IMG/VR virus record: IMGVR_UViG_3300029623_000016 | Location: 1 to 43,426 of that record | DNA length: 43,426 bases | Direction: 5' to 3' (one strand) | DNA from: a virus | Part shown: positions 8,322 to 16,869 of the stretch, one piece after another | Layout: every line of letters starts with the position of its first letter | How positions within the stretch are numbered: the stretch's first letter is position 1 | Made by a program: the position numbers and the translations under genes | Notes under the pieces: generated by a model | What the model saw: only the letters and a program-made list of their open reading frames with translations | Told to the model about the DNA's origin: nothing | Database searches by the model: none

Positions 8322-8431
8322 TCAGAGGCGGGACAGTCAGCTTCATAGCCACAACCACGCGGCTTCAAGCCGCAACCACTGTCGCCCGTCAGGGCGGGTC
8401 AAGCTTCGCTTTAATCAACTATATATTCGAT
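8310..8431 (+). repeat. Structured intergenic cassette A (~110 bp): CCCGCC/GGCGGG hairpin, GCGGC/GCCGC hairpin, CGCCC/GGGCG hairpin, then CTTTAATCAA followed by a start codon
   Basis: Aligns with cassette B at 10350-10519 (shared aatcag.gggcggg...agctt..tcatagccac...cgcccg.ca.gggcggg...ctttaatcaa). Confidence 0.55.
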
Positions 8432-9073
8432 ATGAATAACCATATAATTACAAGAGATAAACTAATAGACATTATTAAAAAGTGTGACTTATCTAAATAT
8501 GACTTAGAAAAGACTATGTCTGGTGTTTATACGAAAGATTATGAACATCGGATATTTGAAATTCATAATGGAATATATGTATTTAATCCCGACAAAGATG
8601 CTTATAATATTCCACTAGCCAAGGATATGTTTACATATCTAACTAAACGGAGACCTATTATTATAGATACTAATAAGCAAGTTTATATAGGTGAACCTAT
8701 AACCTTTGCTCTTAATGACGACTACGTCGCTAATAAACTAACCTTTCTAAGAGTATATAAATATCTTAATGGAGCTGACTATAATGATAGTGGTATTACA
8801 GTAGAGGGAAGGTCAGTTTTTGATAGGAGAAGTAATAATAGCGTGGAGAAATCAACACTTCTGGTTAGAAGAATGAGCTTGCCGCTTCATAAGATTTATT
8901 GCCCCACCTCACGGGCGGGGTTATCTTTCATTAGACTTCTAACGGGAAGAGAGTTCTCTTGTAAGTTAGGCGTTTGGCACATCGGAAACATCGCAGTTAA
9001 ATTCCCGCTCTATTATCACGCTAACATGGAAATGATATTTACGCAATTCAAAGACAATATAAATGATTTATAA
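8432..9073 (+). CDS. Hypothetical protein (213 aa)
   Basis: ORF. Confidence 0.55.
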   Translation: MNNHIITRDKLIDIIKKCDLSKYDLEKTMSGVYTKDYEHRIFEIHNGIYVFNPDKDAYNIPLAKDMFTYLTKRRPIIIDTNKQVYIGEPITFALNDDYVANKLTFLRVYKYLNGADYNDSGITVEGRSVFDRRSNNSVEKSTLLVRRMSLPLHKIYCPTSRAGLSFIRLLTGREFSCKLGVWHIGNIAVKFPLYYHANMEMIFTQFKDNINDL

Positions 9074-9076
9074 GGT

Positions 9077-9541
9077 ATGAATAAGATAATAACAAAGCAT
9101 CTATTATTTAATTATGGTAACTATCAATATCAACAATGGATTCAACACGTCGGGATTTCATCTGCATATACACTTGCAAAGCAGATAAATAGGAACGTTA
9201 GATTTCCCGTCCCCGTCCTCGCGGGACATATAAACTATAAAGCAGCACCTATATTTATGCATATGTTGGAGAATTTTAAATGCTACCATAAGTGGCTTGG
9301 AACTGTTGTTAAGATAAGCTTTATGCTTGACTCTTGTTATATGTATATAAAGTGGAGAGGGGTTCCCCCGCCCAACTTAGATGAGATTAGAATGAGTCCA
9401 TCATTTTATGAAGAATGTTTACGTGGTGTATTGTACACCCCAACCGTATTACTTCACGTAGCAATAACTGAAAAACCTAACATACCAAACTGTGGAAAGT
9501 TGGATTATGAATATTTTAAATCTAATAACTTCGGATACTAA
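9077..9541 (+). CDS. Hypothetical protein (154 aa)
   Basis: ORF. Confidence 0.5.
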   Translation: MNKIITKHLLFNYGNYQYQQWIQHVGISSAYTLAKQINRNVRFPVPVLAGHINYKAAPIFMHMLENFKCYHKWLGTVVKISFMLDSCYMYIKWRGVPPPNLDEIRMSPSFYEECLRGVLYTPTVLLHVAITEKPNIPNCGKLDYEYFKSNNFGY

Positions 9542-9830
9542 TAGGAAAGCTCGTAAGCTTTTAGGACACCCATTAACCAAGCGTGAGATATATCTATTCA
9601 TATACTTAGATGCTTGTCTTAAAGACCATATAGAATACTCTGAAAAGTTTATGACTTCATACGATAAAGACATAATTCTTTCACTTAACTATATGGGGTT
9701 ACTTCGAGCGATTGAAACCCCGCAGGGTGTTAGCCTTGCTGTTAAGCGAAGCTTGTATAATCTTATACAAGATGCAATCTTTGATTGTTTTATTAGTGAA
9801 ATAGAGGAGAGATACGATGAATCCAGATGA
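9492..9830 (+). CDS. Hypothetical protein (112 aa; start uncertain, overlaps the upstream gene)
   Basis: ORF. Confidence 0.35.
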   Translation: MESWIMNILNLITSDTNRKARKLLGHPLTKREIYLFIYLDACLKDHIEYSEKFMTSYDKDIILSLNYMGLLRAIETPQGVSLAVKRSLYNLIQDAIFDCFISEIEERYDESR

Positions 9831-10095
9831 TATACAATTCTTTGATGTAGGAAAACCAGTCGTTGTAAAGATAGGAGAAACAGAGGGCGGGGAAGTCCGC
9901 TTTTGCATAGCAAAAGTAGTAGATATTATATTTATTACTGACGACGACACTATTAAAGTACAACAGTACTCAGTAAAGTTTACTAACGAGTATGATAATG
10001 ATACTTGTTGGTATGACGCTTGTGACGTATTTAAAAATATAGATTCTTTAATGGAGTCTATTAAACAAAAGAAAAATAAAACGAAAGGAAAATAA
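9817..10095 (+). CDS. Hypothetical protein (92 aa)
   Basis: ORF. Confidence 0.45.
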   Translation: MNPDDIQFFDVGKPVVVKIGETEGGEVRFCIAKVVDIIFITDDDTIKVQQYSVKFTNEYDNDTCWYDACDVFKNIDSLMESIKQKKNKTKGK

Positions 10096-10097
10096 AC

Positions 10098-10349
10098 ATG
10101 AAAGAAAAAGATATAAGGTTTAACATAGGCGATATAGTATATGCTGTTAAGGGTGTGAATAGACACACCAATGACTATGCTATCCTTAAACAGAAAGTCG
10201 AGGCGGTAATGGTCGAAGTTAATAGCGATGGGTGGATAAATGAAGTATCTTACGTTCTAACAGATGACCTCGGACATCATAGGTCTACTAAGGTGAGCGG
10301 GGTATTCGCTACATTTGAAGAAGCTCTCGAATATGCTAAGAACGACTAA
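10098..10349 (+). CDS. Hypothetical protein (83 aa)
   Basis: ORF with RBS aaaggaaaa. Confidence 0.5.
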   Translation: MKEKDIRFNIGDIVYAVKGVNRHTNDYAILKQKVEAVMVEVNSDGWINEVSYVLTDDLGHHRSTKVSGVFATFEEALEYAKND

Positions 10350-10519
10350 GATTTAGTTCCCCCGCGCTCGGAATAGACTCGGGATTCGGCAACAATCAGT
10401 GGGCGGGGCAAGCTTTGATTCATAGCCACCCCGCCCGCTTTCACCAACCGACTCTAATCCGCCCGCAAGGGCGGGGAGTCTACCCTAACTTTAATCAATC
10501 AACCTCAATACGAAGTAAT
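10350..10519 (+). repeat. Structured intergenic cassette B: perfect 8-bp GGGCGGGG/CCCCGCCC hairpin, CCGCCC-GCAA-GGGCGG tetraloop hairpin, then CTAACTTTAATCAATCAA followed by a start codon
   Basis: Related to cassette A (8310-8431). Read directly. Confidence 0.55.
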
Positions 10520-10783
10520 ATGAATGAAGAAGAAAAGTTTGAAGCAAGAATGATAGACCTTGCAGAGTCGGGTGATAACCCCGAAACAGTTATATTCGGT
10601 ATGCTTAACGCAATACGAATGTATTTCGAGTCTACTGACATGGACGATATATATGAAATAATGTTGGATTATATTCGTGATTGGGCAGACCGAGACGGGT
10701 ATAATAAAACTACTATTAACGTAGGTAAGTTTGTAAAGAAAATAGACAGTGGAGAAGAGTTCGAGTATGAAGAGATTGATTAA
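10520..10783 (+). CDS. Hypothetical acidic protein (87 aa; start moved to MNEEEK after cassette B)
   Basis: The ORF track start lies inside the structured repeat. The ATG at 10520 follows the conserved CTTTAATCAA box. Confidence 0.45.
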   Translation: MNEEEKFEARMIDLAESGDNPETVIFGMLNAIRMYFESTDMDDIYEIMLDYIRDWADRDGYNKTTINVGKFVKKIDSGEEFEYEEID

Positions 10784-11459
10784 ACGAACCTATCGGTTTA
10801 ATCCAAATAGTAAAAAGATTACTCTTATGCGAGCACTTGCTTCGCTGTCCAGCCACGACTTTATTGAAGTAGCAGGAGATAGTAATCTTCGTTACCTAAG
10901 AAACATCGCGTCAAGATATAAGATTTATCTCACGGTAACTAATATTGGTTTTGAGTCTTACAGAGTCTCTCTTAAAACGGATAAGGCTCTTGACTTTGTG
11001 TCCATTGCAGGTAATAAAGTCAAGAGTGATTATTCAACTGTAAATAATAAGGGTCTATATAATTTAAAACAAGACCTCATTCAACTTGGCGAGGAAGAAT
11101 TAAGGGGTAGTATAGATTTGATAGGAACTCGTATATCAGATGAAGAGACTGAAAGTTATTCTACTCTCGAACGAAAGTGGGAAACTAAGACACCAACGTA
11201 TGGTAAGTCTGGATATATGATAGACGGTTATTCTTACTATGTAGGTCATAAAGATATTCCAAGCGACTGGGTTGTGTATCATAGTGAATTTAATTGTCTC
11301 TTTAAACCTAAGCATGTAAAGAATCCTGTATTGTTGTCTAATAAAACACCACGAAGTATAGGTGTACCCGATACAGTTAAATTCGTTGGTCATGTTCCAC
11401 ATGAAGAAGCAGAAAGAAGATTTCAATTTTTAAGTACTTATGGACAAGAGAAAAAATAG
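10767..11459 (+). CDS. Hypothetical protein (~231 aa)
   Basis: ORF. No confident motif (HNH and GIY-YIG considered and not supported). Confidence 0.5.
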   Translation: MKRLIKRTYRFNPNSKKITLMRALASLSSHDFIEVAGDSNLRYLRNIASRYKIYLTVTNIGFESYRVSLKTDKALDFVSIAGNKVKSDYSTVNNKGLYNLKQDLIQLGEEELRGSIDLIGTRISDEETESYSTLERKWETKTPTYGKSGYMIDGYSYYVGHKDIPSDWVVYHSEFNCLFKPKHVKNPVLLSNKTPRSIGVPDTVKFVGHVPHEEAERRFQFLSTYGQEKK

Positions 11460-11778
11460 AATTAAAGATAGTCAGCAAACTGAGTTTGATTTCTCGACAT
11501 TTTGTCAACCTGATTGTATAGAATTAAAAAATAAACACTGGGGATTTAAAAAAGATTTCTTTGAACGTCTTGTTTATTCCCTTGAAAAACTTGCAGTTCC
11601 TATTACATACATAGATGTTAATAACTGTATAGTTAGAGCACGAATAGATGTCGCAGACATCGAACCTCTTATTAGAACGTCACAAGAGCTATTTAAAATT
11701 ACATTAGTAAAGTCTTGTGATGGACTTGTATTGGAGGGCGGGGCAAGAGTTAATGAACCTATAATTATCACTTGGTGA
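11440..11778 (+). CDS. Hypothetical protein (112 aa)
   Basis: ORF. Confidence 0.45.
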   Translation: MDKRKNRIKDSQQTEFDFSTFCQPDCIELKNKHWGFKKDFFERLVYSLEKLAVPITYIDVNNCIVRARIDVADIEPLIRTSQELFKITLVKSCDGLVLEGGARVNEPIIITW

Positions 11779-11885
11779 TATGAAAAACTGTTTGTCGGAT
11801 ATTAACTTATTGTCTTTTATAGATATATCTTCTGTAAGAGAGGAACAATTATTTCACAACTTAGCGAAGCTAGCGAAGAAAATAT

Positions 11886-12344
11886 ATGTGGAGAACGATA
11901 GTATTTATATTAGTGTTGTTAATAATTTCAACAATCGTTTTGACGACAAGAGTTACGTTGCCCCGCCATGTAGATATAGAGCGAGTTGCATGGACTATAT
12001 ATCTCGAAGCGCGGGGAGAACCTCCTGCCAGTATGATGGCTGTGGCTTCCGTGATATATAATCGAGCAGAAGGTAATATTTGTAGATTTAATTACGTGGT
12101 GACTCAACCTTACCAGTTCGCGGGGTGGGACAAGAACTTTAACTTTGCTGTACCAGAAGATGCTGATGCATTTAGTCAAGCGTTCTCAATATCATACTTG
12201 ATGCATCACGGTGAATTTACTCCTACTGGAACTTGGAATCACTTTTTTAACTATAAAATTAGTCCGTGGTGGGCTAATGGTTATAAGAAAACACGTATTG
12301 GAAATCATGTGTTTATAACAATAGATAAGAAAGATAAGAGATGA
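11886..12344 (+). CDS. SleB-like cell-wall hydrolase (Hydrolase_2 family) with an N-terminal membrane anchor. Endolysin candidate, possibly signal-anchor-release type
   Basis: N-terminal hydrophobic stretch IVFILVLLIISTIVL, then RVAWTIYLEARGEP...AVASVIYNRAE, typical of the SleB/cell-wall-hydrolase family. Confidence 0.6.
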   Translation: MWRTIVFILVLLIISTIVLTTRVTLPRHVDIERVAWTIYLEARGEPPASMMAVASVIYNRAEGNICRFNYVVTQPYQFAGWDKNFNFAVPEDADAFSQAFSISYLMHHGEFTPTGTWNHFFNYKISPWWANGYKKTRIGNHVFITIDKKDKR

Positions 12345-12664
12345 GCAATGAGCAAGAGTTAAAAGACGTTCTGTTGGAAGTAAATAACTCTATTAAAGGT
12401 GATTTACCTAATTATATACATGAGTTATTGTTAAAAGAAAGTGGAAAAAGTTGGAGATTTAGAGTCTATAAACAAGCAGGTAGGCTTATAGTAGTAGGAA
12501 CTATACCTCTATGTGTTTTGAAAAAGCTTATTGCTAATCCAGCGTTTTCTTTTTTAAAAGACATTTACTTCAAAGCTCCACTTTATGTAAAAGGCAAGGT
12601 CTTGTCAGACCTTACGATAGAAGAATTAGAAGCGCAGCTTCAAAGTGCAAATATAAATTATTGA
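12341..12664 (+). CDS. Hypothetical protein (107 aa)
   Basis: ORF. Confidence 0.45.
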   Translation: MSNEQELKDVLLEVNNSIKGDLPNYIHELLLKESGKSWRFRVYKQAGRLIVVGTIPLCVLKKLIANPAFSFLKDIYFKAPLYVKGKVLSDLTIEELEAQLQSANINY

Positions 12665-12666
12665 TA

Positions 12667-13554
12667 ATGTCCATTATGAAAATATATGATACCATTAAAC
12701 GTCCTATGAAAGGATATAATTGCATAGGACAACTTAACAATGTCAGATTTCCAAAAGTAGCACAACCTAAGTACGATGGAATAAGAGTGTTGTTTATTAA
12801 CGGAGTTGCTTTAAGTGCAAGTCTTAAACCTGTTCGTAATAAGAATATACAACGGATAGCGGCTTCACATGACTATGATGGATATGATACTGAATATGTC
12901 GTACCTAATAGTCCGATAGGATTAAGAGCGTGCTCTCATGAAGTGAACTCTTTTGACGTTTCTCTTTCTGGTATCTTTCATATATTTGATATAATTGGAG
13001 GCGGGGATTACGCTAATAGATTTCTTAATGCACGTATTGAAGCTAATGGATTGTTTGATGTAGCTCCAAGTACTATTGTACAGAACGTGGAGGAGATTGA
13101 ACAATACTTGTCTGAACAATTAAAGGCTGGTTATGAAGGGGCTATGCTTAAAGACATGTTTAGTCTATATAAACAAGGACGTAGCTCTATAAAGTCACAA
13201 GAATGTTTGAAGCTTAAACCTTTTGTAGACGATGACGCTGTCGTAGTAGGATACGAAGTAGAGCAAGAGAATCAGAATGAGCCAACTATAAATGAGCTTG
13301 GACTCACTAAGCGAAGCTCTGCGAAGGCAGGGAAGGTCGATAAACCTCTTATAGGTACATTGATATGTAAGTCGAACTTGTTTCCGTCACCGTTTGGTGT
13401 ATCAGGTTTTACTATGGAACTTAAAGAACGTATGTTCCACGAACGTAATAAGCTTATGGGTAAAACTATTACATATAAACATCAACGATGCGAAGCATAT
13501 GAGAATGCCCCGCGTCACCCCGTGTTTGTACGTTTTATAGACCCGATTGTATGA
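12667..13554 (+). CDS. lig: ATP-dependent DNA ligase (~296 aa)
   Basis: Motif I KYDGIR (KxDGxR), motif IV YEGAMLK (EGxxxK), downstream LKLK. Small phage-type ligase. ATG at 12667 follows the upstream stop. Confidence 0.8.
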   Translation: MSIMKIYDTIKRPMKGYNCIGQLNNVRFPKVAQPKYDGIRVLFINGVALSASLKPVRNKNIQRIAASHDYDGYDTEYVVPNSPIGLRACSHEVNSFDVSLSGIFHIFDIIGGGDYANRFLNARIEANGLFDVAPSTIVQNVEEIEQYLSEQLKAGYEGAMLKDMFSLYKQGRSSIKSQECLKLKPFVDDDAVVVGYEVEQENQNEPTINELGLTKRSSAKAGKVDKPLIGTLICKSNLFPSPFGVSGFTMELKERMFHERNKLMGKTITYKHQRCEAYENAPRHPVFVRFIDPIV

Positions 13555-13656
13555 TGGAACTTATATCTGAACTAATATCAAAACTCTATGTTATAGGTTT
13601 CTTTACGTTGTGTTTTACTGGACTTATAATAACAATAGTGGAGATAATAACTGACA

Positions 13657-13854
13657 ATGGGACGAGAAAATCACGAGACAAGAGCAAGGATTACAACAGA
13701 TAATCCTAATGTAAACTTTAATCTTAAAAAACTTAATCAAACTGGAAGATGTTATTCTTGTGGTGCAAAATTAATGCAGGCTAATCATGTACTTATATGT
13801 CCGCAATGTGGACGTGAGTGGCCTCTTAACAGTGTTAAAAGAAAAGAACAATAA
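13657..13854 (+). CDS. Small zinc-ribbon protein (65 aa)
   Basis: CYSC...CPQC pair of CxxC motifs. Confidence 0.4.
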   Translation: MGRENHETRARITTDNPNVNFNLKKLNQTGRCYSCGAKLMQANHVLICPQCGREWPLNSVKRKEQ

Positions 13855-13856
13855 TT

Positions 13857-14066
13857 ATGGATAATATTTATGGAGAGGATATAAAGAAAAAACTAGATAA
13901 AACAATAATGCTTTTGGAAAGGGTGGCTAACGCCCTTGAAAATAGCAATAAGGGCAAGGCGGGAATTGCCTCGCAATCGATTGAGATTGCCTCACAAATT
14001 GAAGGAAAGCCAAGCATATATAAACGCCCCGCCTTCATAGGAAAAGGCAAGGAAAAGGAAAAATAA
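13857..14066 (+). CDS. Hypothetical protein (69 aa)
   Basis: ORF. Confidence 0.35.
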   Translation: MDNIYGEDIKKKLDKTIMLLERVANALENSNKGKAGIASQSIEIASQIEGKPSIYKRPAFIGKGKEKEK

Positions 14067-14083
14067 AATTTTTAAAAATAAGC

Positions 14084-14112
14084 TTGACATTTTGCGCAGG
14101 AATATGAATAAT
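14084..14112 (+). promoter_or_regulatory. Sigma70-like promoter TTGACA-N17-AATAAT for the GC-rich moron gene
   Basis: Exact -35, 17-nt spacer, 5/6 match to -10, AT-rich UP-like tract upstream. Confidence 0.45.
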
Positions 14113-14177
14113 GGCCTCATTCTTTTTTGGAGACTCTTTGTTTCCAAAACTCAACAAAACAAAAAAGGAAAAATACA

Positions 14178-14735
14178 ATGAATATAAAGACTAACATACT
14201 CGGTATCGAAGTATCGATTGAACTCCCCTATAACAACATCGAAGAGTTCGACCAGTTCATGGGCATGTCCGGTGCGTGCTTGGAGCGTGCGACCCAGCAC
14301 TTCCTCGCGCATACGCATAATGCACGTGTTCGCCGCGTGATTTGCAACAAGCTGGAAGAGCTTAGTGGCATTGAAAGGGAGTTCACGGTGAACCCCGAGA
14401 ATAAGGAGAAGAAGTACAGCGAGTCCGAACAGCGGTACGTTTCCCGCGTCGAAGCCGAGATGAAAGCGGCGGGGAAGTGGGGCGAGATTGCCGGACAGTT
14501 GGTTTCCGCCGCCGAAGGTGTGCAGGTGGTTGCCGAAGCGACTCGCTCGTCTGCGCCCAACAAGCAGATTATGGGTCTCGCCCGTGGTCTTATCGAAGAA
14601 GGTCGTGCGGAAGCTTTCTGCGAAAAGCACGGTGCTTCTATCCCGAATGACTGGTCGAATGAAGCTAACGTTGTTGCTCTCGCTAACCTCGTTAAGAAGG
14701 TTGTCGAAGAAGCGAAGAAACAGGCTCTCATCTAA
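14178..14735 (+). CDS. GC-rich (~50% GC) moron gene, hypothetical protein (185 aa)
   Basis: Start at MNIKTN with RBS aaaaaggaaaaa. Codon usage (GGC/GCG/CGC) differs from neighbours. GC richness creates antisense ORFs. Own promoter upstream. Confidence 0.6.
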   Translation: MNIKTNILGIEVSIELPYNNIEEFDQFMGMSGACLERATQHFLAHTHNARVRRVICNKLEELSGIEREFTVNPENKEKKYSESEQRYVSRVEAEMKAAGKWGEIAGQLVSAAEGVQVVAEATRSSAPNKQIMGLARGLIEEGRAEAFCEKHGASIPNDWSNEANVVALANLVKKVVEEAKKQALI

Positions 14736-14789
14736 CCTCAACGCGGTAAGCTTGGTGGGTTCTATTCCTGCCAAGCCCCGCCCTTAACT

Positions 14790-15047
14790 ATGAATAATAA
14801 TTATATGCAAACGCAGTTATTTCCAAATGGAAGTGGCAAGCTTGCAAGACTAACTGTTACCATTCCAGAGGAAATAATGAAACGTCTTAAAGAAGTTTTT
14901 CCTAACTATGGCGAAACATCACACGTTTGTGTAGCTATGCTTACATCATTGTATAATGAGTTGGAAAAGCGGGGAATTAAAACTTACCAAGACAGGATTG
15001 ATAAAGACTTGGATATTGCGGGAGTGATTAAGTATGCCAACAGATGA
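14790..15047 (+). CDS. Possible ribbon-helix-helix (CopG/Arc-like) DNA-binding protein (85 aa)
   Basis: RLTVTIPEEIMKRLKEV beta-strand-then-helix pattern followed by a second helix. Weak. Confidence 0.3.
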   Translation: MNNNYMQTQLFPNGSGKLARLTVTIPEEIMKRLKEVFPNYGETSHVCVAMLTSLYNELEKRGIKTYQDRIDKDLDIAGVIKYANR

Positions 15048-15240
15048 TTATAACATTGAAGATGGGAATGACCCTCTTGACGAGTTCTTGTCTGTTGATA
15101 TAGATAAGATGACTCCCGAAGAATTGTCCGCTCATATAGCTACACTTAACGAAGTTGCTGAAAATCCAAAAGCTGTTAGAAGAATAGTAGCAAAGAAAGA
15201 AAAGAAAACTATAACATTAGATAAATTATTAGAACTATGA
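15034..15240 (+). CDS. Hypothetical acidic protein (68 aa)
   Basis: ORF. Confidence 0.35.
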   Translation: MPTDDYNIEDGNDPLDEFLSVDIDKMTPEELSAHIATLNEVAENPKAVRRIVAKKEKKTITLDKLLEL

Positions 15241-16220
15241 AACTACCTCTTGCTAAAATACTTGATGAGTGCGAAGTAGTTAATGACATCTTTGAAAAAA
15301 GAACATTGACTATGAGCAATAGTGCTTTTAATACTTTCAGTTGTCCAGTAAAAGGTTTGTTAAGTTATGCTTTTAAACTTAGACCTATTGGCGCATCATC
15401 GTTGGCTATGGATTATGGAACGTCTATACACGCGGGGTTGGCGGAGATGATGAAGGGAAAGTCACTGGAAGAAGCCAAACGAGTATTTTATCAAGAGTCG
15501 GATAAGTTCCAGATAGATACCTATGATGACCCCCGCCGTTGTACAGCCCGTGGTACGGATACACTTGAACAGTGGCAACAGTGGATAGCTACGTTGAATT
15601 ATCCAATTAAGGCGATAGCCCTTAAAGAACGCCCCGCCGTTGAAGTGTGTGTAGTAAAAACGATAGCCAAAGAAGAAGTCTCTTTTCTTGGAGAGATGAC
15701 ATTCAAATGGCTTGGTATTATAGACGCTGTTGTAGAATATAAAGGACAGTATTGGATACTTGACCACAAAACTACAAGTATGCTTGGCGATAGATTCTTA
15801 GATGATAAGATACGTAGTAATCAATTCTTAGGATACTATTATCTTATGAAAGATATAGTCAAGAAAGAGCTTAATGTTGATATCGCGGGGTGTCTCATTG
15901 ATGCAATCAGCACGGGGACGAAAGATGTTAATTTCCGTTTGTATGAAATACCATTTAGTCCGTGGCAGATAGACGAATGGATTGTTAGTACGAGACGTAA
16001 ATTGCTGGATATTGTCTATACGATAAGTAATATAGTATTTAATCCAGAATATGAAGTAGTAGCTGAACTTGAATCTTGCGTGACTAAGTATGGTCGTTGT
16101 CCATTCTTTAATGTATGTTCGGTTAATCCCCGCCTTAGAGACGAGATGCTTAGAATAGAGTTCATGAAGCATGAACATAACGCACGTGAATCAAATGATT
16201 TTGTAATTGAGGAAGAATAA
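15237..16220 (+). CDS. PD-(D/E)xK exonuclease, Cas4/RecB-like, with a probable Fe-S cysteine cluster
   Basis: IIDAVVEYKGQYWILDHKTT (D...E.K core) and a four-Cys arrangement (N-terminal FSCP plus C-terminal ESC...YGRCPFFNVC). Confidence 0.65.
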   Translation: MKLPLAKILDECEVVNDIFEKRTLTMSNSAFNTFSCPVKGLLSYAFKLRPIGASSLAMDYGTSIHAGLAEMMKGKSLEEAKRVFYQESDKFQIDTYDDPRRCTARGTDTLEQWQQWIATLNYPIKAIALKERPAVEVCVVKTIAKEEVSFLGEMTFKWLGIIDAVVEYKGQYWILDHKTTSMLGDRFLDDKIRSNQFLGYYYLMKDIVKKELNVDIAGCLIDAISTGTKDVNFRLYEIPFSPWQIDEWIVSTRRKLLDIVYTISNIVFNPEYEVVAELESCVTKYGRCPFFNVCSVNPRLRDEMLRIEFMKHEHNARESNDFVIEEE

Positions 16221-16221
16221 T

Positions 16222-16554
16222 ATGAATAAAATAGTATCAACACTAAAAGAATTGCAACTCCGCTGTCATTCGATAGCGAAAGCCCACGGTTGGTGGGATA
16301 AAGAAGTTCCGGTTGGGACTGCTATTGCACTTATGCATAGTGAGCTAAGTGAAGCTCTCGAAGCTGAACGTAATAGGATTGAGAAAAGTGAACATATACC
16401 GGAGTTCACCGGTCTCGAAGAAGAACTCGCTGACTGTGTCATAAGAATACTTGACTATTCTGGTAGTAGAAACCTCCGCCTCGCGGAAGCTATTGAAGCA
16501 AAGATAAACTTTAACGAGAATAGGTCTTACAGACATGGGAATAAATCTTTCTGA
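16222..16554 (+). CDS. MazG-like nucleotide pyrophosphohydrolase
   Basis: HSELSEALEAER...EEELADCVIRILD matches the EExxE...ExxD MazG/NTP-PPase pattern. ATG at 16222 follows RBS gaggaag. Confidence 0.5.
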   Translation: MNKIVSTLKELQLRCHSIAKAHGWWDKEVPVGTAIALMHSELSEALEAERNRIEKSEHIPEFTGLEEELADCVIRILDYSGSRNLRLAEAIEAKINFNENRSYRHGNKSF

Positions 16555-16867
16555 TGATGACGAGACAGAAGAAGTTATCGAGTCTGATGAGTTGATAGCT
16601 TCCTTTAAATGTTTGCTAACTTATTTCTTAGGAGATAAGTTATCCAACTATAAATATCTTACAATAGACGGAGATGGTTCAATAGGATTGTTCAAGCACA
16701 TGCCTGTATGGGATAGTGAGAACGATATGTGGACTATGAGCGAAGAGTTTGTTGAAGATATAGATTCATTAAATGAAGTCTTTGATGAGTTTTTAGAAGT
16801 TGGTTCATTAAGTAAATTATCTTGTTGTGAAGATATAAGAAATAGACATTTCATATTTGATTTATAA
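16535..16867 (+). CDS. Highly acidic hypothetical protein (110 aa; roughly 30 D/E versus 7 K/R)
   Basis: Composition read from the translation. Start overlaps the upstream stop. Confidence 0.5.
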   Translation: MGINLSDDDETEEVIESDELIASFKCLLTYFLGDKLSNYKYLTIDGDGSIGLFKHMPVWDSENDMWTMSEEFVEDIDSLNEVFDEFLEVGSLSKLSCCEDIRNRHFIFDL

Positions 16868-16869
16868 CT

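Noticed and set aside
10767-11459. 231-aa protein as an HNH or GIY-YIG homing endonuclease
   Set aside because: Motif-like fragments (YGKSGY, H..N..H spacing) did not match the canonical arrangements. Left as hypothetical.
11780-12061. 93-aa ORF overlapping the start of the SleB-like hydrolase gene
   Set aside because: The downstream two-thirds overlaps the hydrolase in another frame. The hydrolase domain motif begins at residue ~35 of the 11886 frame, so that frame must be the real one. At most a very short upstream peptide could be real.
14151-14787. ORFs 14151..14774(-), 14228..14731(-) and 14488..14787(+) overlapping the GC-rich moron
   Set aside because: GC-driven open frames antisense to or out of frame with the gene that has the promoter, RBS and plausible protein sequence. 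The translations are Arg/Ser/Leu-rich.
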